A stretch of DNA of 64,000 nucleotides from Tubiluchus corallicola (lineage: Eukaryota > Animalia > Priapulida): the NCBI GenBank assembly GCA_030141605.1, contig JAQGDQ010000701.1, forward strand, positions 46,100-110,099. Direction: 5' to 3'. The translations under genes were made by a program, and so were the position numbers. The notes below the pieces were generated by a model. The model was not told the origin of the DNA. It saw nothing but the letters and a program-made list of their open reading frames with translations, and did no database searches. Shown piece by piece: positions 25,301 to 36,100 of the stretch. Position 1 is the first letter of the stretch, and every line of letters begins with the position of its first letter.

Positions 25301-27997
25301 GGCATATTGTGAAAAACCTAAAAAACTAGACCAACGAGTTTAACACACAAAATTGGCATATTGTCAAAAACCTAAAAAGACTAGACTGACCAGTTTAACA
25401 TACAAAATTGGCATACTGTCAAAAACCTAAAAAAACTAGACCGACGAGTTTAACATACAAAATTGGCATATTGTCACAAACCTAAAAAACTATACCGACG
25501 AGTTTAACATGCAAAATTGGCATATTGTCAAAAACCTAAAAAAACTAGATTGACGAGTTTAACGTACAAAATTGGCATATTGTCAAAAACCTAAAAAACT
25601 AGACGGACGAGTTTAACATACAACATTGGCATATTGTCAAAAACCTAAAAGACTAGACTGACCAGTTTAACATACAAAATTGGCATGCTGTCAAAAACCT
25701 AAAAAACTAGACGGACGAGTTTAACATACAAAATTGGCATATTGTCAAAAACCTAAAAAACTATACCGACGAGTTTAACATGCAAAATTGGCATATTGTC
25801 AAAAACCTAAAAAACTAGACCAACGAGTTTAACATACAAAATTGGCATATTGTCAAAAACCTAAAAAAACTAGACGACGAGTTTAACGTACAAAATTGGC
25901 ACATTGTCAAAAACCTAAAAACCTAAACGACGAGTTTAACATTCAAACTTGGCATATTGTTAAAAACCTAAAAAAAACTAGACGACAAGTTTAACGTACA
26001 AAATTGGCATATTGTCAAAAACCTAAAAAACTAGACCCACGAGTTCAAATTTAATGCTGTATGTAATATTAAAATGTAAAACTCACCAGATTTGGTTCAG
26101 AAGCATTCTTTGGTCGCGGACGAGACCGTTTCTTTTCCTGTTCCTCGTCAGCAATAATCGTCTGCAATACAGACTAGAAATACAACCCAAACAGGGTCCG
26201 TGTTAGTACGTGTTGTTAGTACAGCTGCTATACATAGTAAAGCACCAACACCAGTTGTAAATTTAAGTGAGTAACTAAGAAATTCCCTAGCTGATTAATG
26301 TGAAAAAATATTAATAGACCAGTAGTAAAACACTGTGTTTTTTTACATACGGGGTGTTCAGAAAGTCACTGCTGAAAGGGTGTTCAGAAAGTCAATGTGC
26401 ACTTATATATTTATTAACAAAATGTTTCAATATAAAATGCAGGAGGTACATATGAATGACACTTATAAAGAATGTTGAAATTGATCCCCGTTAGCATCAA
26501 TACAGGCTTGGATCCTCCCTGTTAGCATCAATACAGGCTTGGATCCTCCCTGTTAGCATCAATACAGGCTTGGATCCAAATCAGTAATAATGTCAGTCAT
26601 TGCTGTTAGTATGCTATTCGTTACTGTTTTGCATTAGTGAAAGAAACTTTAGCCAGTATACTAGCCATTGCCCGAATGCCAGCCAGTAATGTTTTGCACA
26701 CGTGAAAGAAATCTTGGCCAACATGTACCAGCGATTACTGCTATGTGCAACTGTTGGCGTTGCTTGTTGCAGTAGTCATCATCGTCATTTACGTCACCGC
26801 TGTTGATATAATCAAAGAGTGCACCGATTATTGTAATGACATTCCCGTTAGCATCAACACAAATTTGGATTATACTTTGCATTTACTTTTACATAGTAAG
26901 TTCAATGAGGTAATGTGCAACACAGATTAATCCTTAATGACAAGAATAGTAACAATGAATAAAAAATTCTTTATGTTCAGTGTTTATTCGTTCTTTCTTC
27001 GTTTGCTTCCTTCAAATCATTTTTCATTCGTCCTTCCAGGTAATGGGTGGTTGGCAAATTCCCAAACGAAGGTAAATTCATTCCTTCTAGAGAAACCTAC
27101 CAAGTCTACGAGAACAGTTCTCGAACAGCAACTTTAATTACAGTCAAAGTTCGTTATAATAGTCCCCTTTGTTAAGCCAAACTCGCTTGACACCATAATT
27201 TCTGGCAAAAACACGTCTCTATTTGTATAGGAAGTCAAACTTGCTTAATGTCAACTTTTTTGTAGTCCAGTGAGCAGTATATGTGTATATATTATGTATA
27301 TAATATACTATACACATATTCGTCAATTTTTTTGAAGTTTCACCATCTTTAACCAAAAACATTGTTCTACTTTTTTGATCAGGATTTTTTGCGTAGCTAC
27401 TTCATCAAACTTGTACGAGAGCAAATATAAGCAAACAAGCAAAAACATAGTATTTTATTTATTGAAGAATTTTTTGAGTTCTGACAGTAGGCCTAATTTC
27501 TAGCATTTGGTTCTGCAAAAACTGATTCGGTATCAGTTTACAATGTTTCATAAATTTTGGTTTTGCTTTGTAATTTCAGTTTCGGTAACATCCCTGTTAC
27601 TACCATAATCCAGTAATGCTAACTACAAAATTTTAAATGCCATCAGTGCTGTACACACAAGTTTACTGCTTTATTAGAACAATAATATGCTAAGCGGTGA
27701 CTATTATGCATACCTTTCCTGTTGGCATGGGTGAAGGGACCCATTCCTTAGCTATGTATTTTTTAGTTTCGTACTTCTGCCGTATAAAAGCCTCTAGTGT
27801 ACTAAGAGAAGGTGTTAAGGTTGTAAAATTTAACATTATATAAAATATGGTAGCAGTAATTAGTACACAGACAAAGGTTTTGAAATAATACAAAGATGTA
27901 TACGATCTTAAACAGTCCTGAAGTAGAGTATAAACAACATTGCAAAGTAGGGTGTTGGTGATCTTCATGAAGAACCTCATGTTTAGGGAGATTTTTC

Positions 27998-28030
<33 letters not shown>

Positions 28031-31000
28031 AAAAACTAATACATTATACATTACAGACAGTATACATTATCACAAACAGATCAAAACAATTTTAATTGTT
28101 TTTTCTTGTTTACTAACATAGGCAAGGACTGTAATGACTTTCGTTCACTACTAGTAAACATTGTCAACACTGAAAAACTTTCCAAAAACAAACACACAAG
28201 CAGCAAATAAAATATATTAACTTGTAAACTTTTGTTCAGCGTAACTACAAGGATACGAGTCAGTTTGGGGTCGACGAAATCCGTCTGGTATGTTTGCTTC
28301 ATATATTGCTCTTGCCCGGCTGTTACCCATTTCTACCATACTCTAAACAGAAACAATATAAAATTAGTTAGCGTGCACGGACGTACAAGATAGTGATGGG
28401 CAATTAATAGAATAATCGAATTAATCGAGATTACAACCACTAAATTGATATTATTGACAACTGAAGAGTAATTCAGTTAATCGAGAGCAAAATATACGCA
28501 TCACTTACTGACTGAATGGTGGTGTCCTAGGACAAACACACAGAATTCTTACATTTTTTCATCGTTTTTCTCACCTTCCACAATGCGCACAATTGTGAAC
28601 AACAGTGTTGCAAACTGGGGCTTCGAATTCGTTTTTATGAGGCGTGTGTAGAGATGTAGTAAGAGATTAGTTAATGAATGTGCGTGTCTACAAAAATAGT
28701 TTGCGAGTACAAAAATGGCAGACAGACAGCCAGAAGCTCATAGGCTATATTTCGGTGCTGCAATGTTTGAAAAATATGGCTAAAGCACTAAAAAATAGCC
28801 ACAAAAAATTAATAATGATATAAAATTATAAAATTTCAGAATCGTCCATAACTAGTACAAGATTGTAAAAATAAATAAGAAAACACAATAACATGATAGT
28901 TTACGCGAGCTTCTGCTTGATCTGACATGAATTTAAAGTTGCAAAAGACAAATATGAAGACTTAATTAAACACGTCACACTAAAAATTCATTTAGCAAAA
29001 AGCTATGGCTAAAATTTTAAAAAAATTTGTAGGGTTTAGTACAGCTGCTACACTAATCATAATTTAGTTTATTAACTGGTCTCCAAATTATCTCAGGATG
29101 CTTCCTAAAAACAAAGTATTTCATTTTATCCGATACAGCAAGGCTTGTGTTCAATGGGGAATATCTGTGTCCTACTACATTAGTGTTTCCAATGCACCAA
29201 TAGCCAGAAGGGAAAGAACAGATCAAAGCATTTTTGCTGTAGGGGTGACAAGACCTGCACTACCTAGTGTTACTTCGTTAGCAAACTACTTAGTGTCAAA
29301 TTACTTTGTTAGCAAACTACTTACTGTCAAATTACTTCGTTAGCAAACTGACAGATATTGTTTAGTAGTCACGCAATTCATTAAACATTTACAGTGACAT
29401 TAAATACACTCTCCCATTTACACCAATAAAATTGACAAAAACCGATAGTCCATTGTAGACGGACTTACGTAAAATGAGTATCATCACAAAACAGCAAGTT
29501 TCTAGCTGGTTTTAGTTAAACAAAACCAAAACAGCATTTGTTTGACTACCTCGAAGCATACAAGTTTTTTTCTCCCATCCATGATGATTTTTATTACATA
29601 AAACAATTTACAATTGTAGTACCAAACTTAATCTAATTACAGCCTTACCAATCTGAAAGTAGTTTCAGTTTTGCAGAGCTCTGCTAGGTTTCCATTTTAC
29701 ATACAAATTTCAGGCAAAAAATAAACCTCTATGCCACAAGAAAAAAGCGGAGCATGTGCTACATTTTTCAGTAAATATTTTTCTGGTTTTTTAAACGGAA
29801 ACAAATACCTCAACTTGATCCGGTGTCCAAGTGTCCAAGTTTACGGACTTCACCTTTGATATATGGCAGCCAAGATTACGGTGTATTCCTGCACAGCGTA
29901 TGCAGAGAAATATGCCCAAATTCCATGAAGCCCATCTTGGTCCTGTTAAAAAAAGTAAATAAATGAACATAGATCTATTCACAATTAAAGCAGTCAAAAA
30001 GTTAATAAACAGATATATCTACTACTGGATTAGTTACTGAATTATTCCATGGTACAAATAACAAATTAATTTACGTGTATTTCATAATCTAATTAACAAA
30101 CAATTTTCAGTAAACTGCATTATGAACAGTACATTTATTTCATCAGTGGAATAAATCACAGCAAACTAAAGTAAAACAAATATAGTACAATGAACATAGC
30201 TCTATATAAATATAGGACAAAGCTCCGGTAGTCCGGAACTTTGGAGTAATCGGAGTTTCAATTCAGATACGACCCGGTTTAACTTTAACTGCTTGAGATC
30301 CAATTCGGTATCAGAAAAAATAATTAAAAACGTGAAGTAATCATCATAATTTGCGTTTACTCAGTTTAAGGAACAAATACGTTGCCAACCAATGCTGTAA
30401 AATTTAAGTAATTTTCCATTTGCCTATTTAAACATGTTTACCTTTTTGCCTGTCGATCTACGGTAATGTACGAGTTATTGATAAAAATTAAGTCTTGTTG
30501 TGTGCACTTTGTCATGTTGACAAAATTTGTGTAAGCATGAATTTATGTAAAACCTATGCAACGCATAAATTATTTGTCAAATCAATGTCCGACTGACGCT
30601 ATTTTCAACAGTGACGCAACTTGAACAAGATTTCCGTTATTGTGCTTCAGACATATCTAAGTGTTATGTTTAACAGCCTTTTCACTTTATGAAATTTAAT
30701 TTAGCTTAAAGTTATTGCTAGTACTAGTACAAGTAGTGTATGTGTCAAAAAAGTTTGAACAACTCTTGCACAATATACTCCAAAACATCTGTTTAGGGCA
30801 CATTCGGAGTTATGTACAATTAACGTAGTAGACGCCGCTGACTGTTCCATTAAGCACTGTCGCAATCGCTGGGATACGTAACAGAATTATAAGTAACTGT
30901 AATATAATATGTTACATTGTTAGCCCAATAATTAGAAAAATAGGCCAAGCTGTATCTGACAGGTGTCCAAATATTACCCTTTGCATCACAATCTACACAA

Positions 31001-31095
31001 TATTTATTATCTTCATCACGTAGCAGCCCGTTTAATATTGCTTGAAATTTCTCTTGCAGTTGCTTTTGTCGATCATTATCCTTTTTTGAAGCCAT
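13353..31095 (-). CDS. SMAP1: Stromal membrane-associated protein (SMAP1/2-type ArfGAP), about 490 aa; exons 31095-30978, 29942-29809, 28342-28257, 27801-27714, 26161-26087, 24158-24044, 22991-22855, 21693-21540, 19649-19552, 18185-17967, 15032-14925, 13493-13353
   Basis: ArfGAP zinc finger [47 protein letters not shown], then [30 protein letters not shown], clathrin-binding [14 protein letters not shown], a Met/Gln-rich tail and C-terminal [10 protein letters not shown]. All introns are GT-AG with consistent phases. Probably co-orthologous to SMAP1 and SMAP2. Confidence 0.93.
13545..13775. repeat. 89-bp tandem repeat, about 2.6 copies
   Basis: AAATGAATTCAGATCCAAATCCACAAGTATTACC... starts at 13545, 13634 and 13723. 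Confidence 0.9.
14111..14335. repeat. Foldback/palindromic MITE-like element
   Basis: Arms of about 80-90 bp, ATTGTACACATG..TTATAACTT..TGTAGCTTGCTTGGAA..TGGCTCAAT and its reverse complement, around a spacer of about 60 bp. Confidence 0.8.
15058..15656. mobile_element. Kolobok-like non-autonomous element, family C
   Basis: TTAA|AGCACAAGAAAA...TTTCTTGTCCTT|TTAA. Inverted copies lie at 43761-44440 and about 42680-43139, with a fragment at about 54830-55030. A TTAA target with purine-purine termini fits Kolobok. Confidence 0.7.
16075..17690. repeat. 44-bp minisatellite interrupted by a MITE
   Basis: Unit GTCTGAAAAGTACATTGACAAAGCCAAAACACCTATGGTACCCA. About 11 homogeneous copies at 17217-17690 and about 4 degenerate copies at 16075-16270. 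Confidence 0.9.
16271..17216. mobile_element. pogo/Tigger-like non-autonomous element, family D
   Basis: TA|CAGTAAGCGCCACATAATAGATTCA...GTGAGTCTATTAAGCGGCGCCTACTA|TA. Collinear with 34589-35525. Confidence 0.8.
18547..18978. mobile_element. Kolobok-like non-autonomous element, family E
   Basis: TTAA|AAGAAAACCGGACGATTGT...ACAATCATCCAGTTTTCCT|TTAA. Second copy at 62247-62776. Confidence 0.75.
19894..20672 (-). mobile_element. Non-autonomous Helitron
   Basis: On the minus strand it begins A|TCTTAATATATATA and ends with the hairpin CGCAAAA-TC-TTTTGCG, 9 nt, then CTAG|T. No TSD. Homologous to 32073-32809. Confidence 0.8.
20798..20989. repeat. 40-bp minisatellite, about 5 copies
   Basis: TTATGCTAGACAATGTCAATCACTCAATGGACAGTCAGCG repeated at 40-bp intervals. 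Confidence 0.9.
21031..21517. mobile_element. pogo/Tigger-like MITE, family B
   Basis: TA|CAGTCAACCTCGGATATAAG...TATACCCGAGGTTGACTG|TA. Confidence 0.88.
21923..22291. mobile_element. hAT-like MITE remnant
   Basis: Imperfect TIRs TAGGGCTGGTTTAGCC...CATAATCTGGCCCTG with AGCCTGGGG / AGCCTAGG subterminal motifs. No clear TSD. Confidence 0.45.
22403..22791. mobile_element. hAT-like MITE remnant
   Basis: GAGGGTTCCCACAGA...TCGTGAGAAGCCTG with repeated TTTCCCTGA / TTTCCAGG subterminal motifs. Confidence 0.5.
23590..23915. mobile_element. Kolobok-like repeat fragment, family F (inverted relative to 57612-58204)
   Basis: Shares AACGCATTGCCCAAA, GTAAATTTGAAAT.TGAATT and AATAATCTAC blocks with 57600-57960 and ends CCTTTAA. 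Confidence 0.55.
24687..26040. repeat. 54-bp satellite array, about 25 copies, with a 9-monomer (488 bp) higher-order repeat
   Basis: Unit GAGTTTAACATACAAAATTGGCATATTGTCAAAAACCTAAAAAACTAGACCGAC. Diagnostic variants recur 488 bp apart. Confidence 0.95.
26350..26580 (-). mobile_element. Tc1/mariner transposon 3' remnant (TIR plus transposase C-terminus)
   Basis: TA|CGGGGTGTTCAGAAAGTCACTG terminus. The minus strand encodes [17 protein letters not shown], resembling the RxxxCIxxxGxHFEHLL end of Tc1/mariner transposases. A 31-bp segment is triplicated at 26490-26578. Confidence 0.65.
27802..28256 (-). other. U12-type (minor spliceosome) GT-AG intron, SMAP intron 3
   Basis: 5' site TC|GTATCCTT and branch point CCTTAAC (27820-27814) 12 nt upstream of the acceptor TTAG|T. 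Phase 2. Confidence 0.85.
27998..28026. repeat. (GA)n microsatellite
   Basis: Directly visible dinucleotide run. Confidence 0.9.
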
Positions 31096-32072
31096 GATAA
31101 GAAAAACCAGTTTAAATCAAACAGAAAAATGGCATCGAAGTTAAGACCGAGCAACACCCGGAACATTGTGCTACCGTGACCTACTTTTTTGCCGTTTTTG
31201 CAAATTTTGTTCAAATATTTTAAGTTTTTTAAAATTTTTTTTAAAGTATAACTCTAGTAGGTAACAATTTTTATTAAGCTAATTCGTTTTAAATTAAAGA
31301 CTCTATAGTCTGTGACTAGGCGGATTGATATATACAGTCATAAAACAACAGAACACCTGCTTAAATGCGGGATTATTAAATTGATTGAAACAGCTCATTT
31401 CTTGAATTTTCTGCGTTCTTATTTACTGTATACGTTTTTTAGGTTTTGAAATCGAGAATTATAGAGATTTTGTAAGTAGATCCAGGCTACACAGTTTTAT
31501 GAATAGCGTAGTGTCACTAGTACATAAAAACTTCCAATAATTCAGTTTTATTTGCTCAATTGTACCATCTAGGTCCTTATTTCTTTGGATAAGGTATATT
31601 ACCACGTACTATTTGTACACAAATCACATTTTATACAGAGCATGACTGTCAACTAATGCATGTTGCATATAAGCTTTGTAAGCAAACGATTATTTTTTCA
31701 AACAGTGATTGCAATAAGAATTTAACAATTTTCCTTTTAGTTTTTATATTTTCTTTTTTGTTCAAGTTCTACACTGTAATTTGCTTATAACGAGTTTCAA
31801 GCGACCGTGAAAATTGCTTGGTGTAACAGAGTCTCATTATATGCAAGGTCAATTGTTTGATCGAATGTACAAGACAGAAATGAAGCCTGTAAGGCAGATA
31901 TGATGTATTGATGAAAAAAGCACTTTCTATTGAGACTGGCACAAGTTTCTTAAAGAGCGCCACTGTTTAGCAAATATTTCATCATAAATTAGTATAAACT
32001 TATGGTGTTTAAACTCTGTTATGTATTTAGGGTATATAAATTCCTGCATAAAACTGCCACGCACGTAGCTTT

Positions 32073-32809
32073 TCTGTATATATATATATGGATATATAAC
32101 TGACGAGGCCATTTTCAACGATATATACGTCACATGATAGGTCACCACCCATGGGTTCGCACCTGGGAGTTTATTTTTCGAATTGGGCCCACTGGGAGGA
32201 ACGGAGGCCGAAAAACCTCCAAAAACGCCCTTTTTTGACCGTTTTTCGCAAAAAATTGCAAAACTTATAAAACTCTTATTTCTAGAGAACGGGAATGTGC
32301 CGAGGGCAGTGCTGCTAATGATTGAATAGGCCATTCAACAGTGGGCGTAATAGTCATATTTAGATCTCATGGGAGGGCCATCAGTGCTCGCTACAGGCAT
32401 TTTTCCGGACACAATTCCCAATTTTTTCGAAATCCGGCCAAACAGCCTGTAGAAAAAACGTTCTAGAAGCGTTTAGTGGGACTCTTGGAAGGAGATATAT
32501 GGCTCTTTAGAAAAAGGAAGAACGGCTACACAATGATGTGAGCTGCATTTTAGGACGCTTCCTTCCTGATGAGCTATGACGAGCTGATTGGAGGTTCCAT
32601 TTTGCACGATTTTCGCTTGGAAAACTGCTGATGCAAAGCCATTGTTCTGACGTCATCCATTAAACTCTGCTTATAAATCTTATAACTTTAATTCAGTAAA
32701 AGCTGCTACTCGCTTCGCATTGTAAATGAGGACTATGTAGCATGTGCGCATATTTTTTGATAATAAGTTAATTTATACGCAAAATTTTTCGCGGGGCCTT
32801 TGACTGTAG
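32073..32809 (+). mobile_element. Non-autonomous Helitron (older copy)
   Basis: TCTGTATATATATA start and a 3' hairpin CGCAAAATTTTTCGCG-GGGCCTTTG with a degenerate CTAG. Collinear in reverse with 19894-20672. Confidence 0.7.
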
Positions 32810-33114
32810 GTCTGCAGGCACTGTATAATTTTTGACTATGCACATGTATCTCAGTGTGAGCATATATTAACCTACATACGTGTATGTCACTTAATAACTA
32901 AGTCTACTGTCTGACTAGCCCAAGTGTTAATTAATGTAAAATTACTGTATTTATTTAAAATACTAAATTTTTTGGTATCAGTAAACTTTGAAAAGCATTA
33001 TTTATTTTGCAACACAAGACTTGGTTATTTTTGCGTGCTTTACAGATTGTCTGGTTCAGAGCCCTTGTGTTTGTTTAGCTTAATATTGATTTTTTTCAGA
33101 AATCTGTGAACGAA

Positions 33115-36100
33115 ATGAATGAAAGGAAGATGCTAAAGCGAAAGATTCTGCAGGAGATACAACCAGCAGTAAATAATAAACAAATCAATGTAAGAACATT
33201 TTCAACCTATCAAAAACAGAAACCTCTAATTTTATTTATATTCTAAAAGTGATCAACATATAATGGGTATCTAATAGCATCATAATAATGGCCAGAAGTA
33301 GTATACGTATTTACATATATGTTCAATTTAGATCTTGAGATCTGCACCGCACCGCAGACCATTGTGGTCTGAACTGGTGACCACTGAGCATTAATTTTTG
33401 ATGGCCAGCCATTAGCAGTGGCAAAATAGTGCATTTTAATTAGAATCAGATGTTTCTGATAATAAATTTCACAGGCCAAACTTGAATAAATGGAGTGAGA
33501 GTGAAAGAGGGAGAGAAAGTGGGAGTGAGAGAGAGAGAAAGGGGGCGTGAGTGAGAGTGAGAGAGAGGGGGGAATAAGTAGCTATGCAAAAGTCAAGGCA
33601 AGCAAACTACTTGTTGAAGGTTGAGTTTTGCTAGTTATTGTAATTATGGTGCTGAGTATTACTTGTTAAACTGTAAAAGTGTTGCCACCTGTGACTTTTT
33701 AGAAGGCCATTTTTTGTTGATCCTTATGGTGTGAAATTTTACTCTATTTTTTTCTTACACATTTAGAGTCAAACTAGCAAGAGGAAATTTGGCAATTCGC
33801 TGCAAAATAAACCTGCTGCAAATGGAAAGAAATTGATCAAACCACTAGGTATTTGCATTCCTGACATAATGTAGCTTGCGTAACTTTGTTTGATGGGTTT
33901 ACTGTCGTTTAATTCTGCATTAAAACTTATAAATAGAGTACTTATAACTATAAGAAATCACCGTGTTAGTCAAGTAATTGTCAGCAATCACCATGCTTAA
34001 TCAGGCATCATGGCTTAAGTGGACACTCCACATATCGCCCCAGCAGTCAAGGCATTAGTTGGCTGTTCTGCCATGTTGTCATAACACATACAGCAGGAGC
34101 ATATACTGCTTCATATCTGACTAGAATATCCTTATAAGTAATGAGTCAGTTGCCAAACAAAATGACTCTGTTATCGAAATGATACGTTTGTGTTGGTGCT
34201 GTTGATGTACACAATTTTTCAGCTGAAATTTGTGAGCTTTTATCGGGGTCAGAATAACCCACTCTCTAACTCTTTCGCATTCCATCGTGAATATTTTTCA
34301 CACGTGATATACTTTAAAGACTTACATAGCTTGAAGCAGAGTTAATGCAAATTCTTTAGATAAATTAGAACGGCTATTTTACAATTTATGGCAAACCAAA
34401 TTAGCGAACCGATAAACCGTTTCGAAAAAAAGACATTTTTGCCAAATGTTACCAAAGCGTTGAGGCCCTCAAAGTTGAGGTGTCCTAGGCTGCAGCCATT
34501 GCTGGCCTATAGGATAACCTGGCTGTCGTTAAGGTTACTGCTAAGTTTTTCTATAACATTTTTTTTCTTTTGCTTGACTTTTTTACTACAGTAGGTGCCT
34601 CTTAACAGACTCACGGTTAATAGACTCAATCGCTTAAATGACTCAAAAACGCTTCTATTCTAATTTACATGAAAACTGTCGGCAATTGACTCGAATAACT
34701 CCACATAATTGACTCCATATTTTTGCTTCAAATGCTTCAATAAGACGCTTTCGTGTGACTAATAAGCTTTTATGATTTCTATATCATCTTAGTTCACTTT
34801 TGTCCTATAATATACATAGAAACAATCATGTTAAATACCGTTTTGTATGTAAGCAGGAACGTTTAGCATACACTAATATGCTAGCCCAATGGTTTGCTTT
34901 GTCCCACCCATCCACTGCGATTTACCTCATTACACAAGAATTCCTGGAAGCTAAACATTTAATCACTTCCTTAGCTGTTTGCTTTTGAAACTCTGGCAGT
35001 CTTTGCCAGAATGTTTAATCAGATGTTGCTGTTATGCCAGGGACGCAGGTACAGTACAGAAAGTATGTCTCATCAGCGAGCAGGAGCTAAGTTTAAGCAT
35101 GTGAAGCACCAAGTATTTTACCAGAATTTGTGCATCATACAACAACAGATTTTCAACGTTTTTATCATTTTGAGACCTTCGTGAGCCAACTTTTTCGCGA
35201 TGAAATGAAGCAGCTGACTTTGAAGGAATATTTGTAATTTTTGCAAATAAACAAACTTGTGTGAATCAGAAAAGTATGCTTTTTAATTTATTGCTAGTTA
35301 TATAAATTAATATTTCAAAATATATTTTTTTAATTTTTAACTGCGCAAAGCAATTTAGGCATTACTTCGTTTCTAAAATTCATTAAAAACCTTTGCAGTG
35401 CATAGTAAGCTGGTGACACATACTTCTATACCAGTAATAATACATCCATCAGTTAATAGGTTCAGTCGGTTAATTGGATCAAAACAATTCGGTCCCAAAG
35501 TGAATCTATTAAGCAGCGCCTACTGTATTTAGTTAATCATTGATTTGCTAGTGCAAAACATGCAGTTTGGTGTTCTTTAATAGACTTTGATTGTCACACA
35601 AAAGTTTTTGGTGTAACTAGTTAAAGTGCAGTATTCAGTATTATATGAAATACTAATTAGATGTATTCACTGAGATTTGCACACCATGATTGTGCTGGTG
35701 AGCTTGTGTTCACTGAGATTTGCACACCATGATTGTGCTGGTGAACTTGTGTTCACTTCTCAATCCACTTTTTGTTTCTGAAGTTAATAAAAACATTAAC
35801 TGTGTTGTTAGACGGGCCGTTGAAGATTTACCAGGATGAAAATGCACTCAGTGCAGGGAAACGGGTCCAGAAAGGCAGCGACAAAGCTTGCCAGACAGAC
35901 GAAGCGGATTTTCAAAAGAAGAAAACACCAGAGGAAGAAGCTTTTGAACTTATGTGTCAAGGTGAAATTCCATAAGCTAAATTTGACATATTTTTGGTGA
36001 TGTAATCCATGTTCTAGCTGATGTTGTAAAGGTAAATTTATACAATAATGTGTAAATGTGAGGGCAGTAATGTAGATGATGACATTCCTCGTAAACGCAC

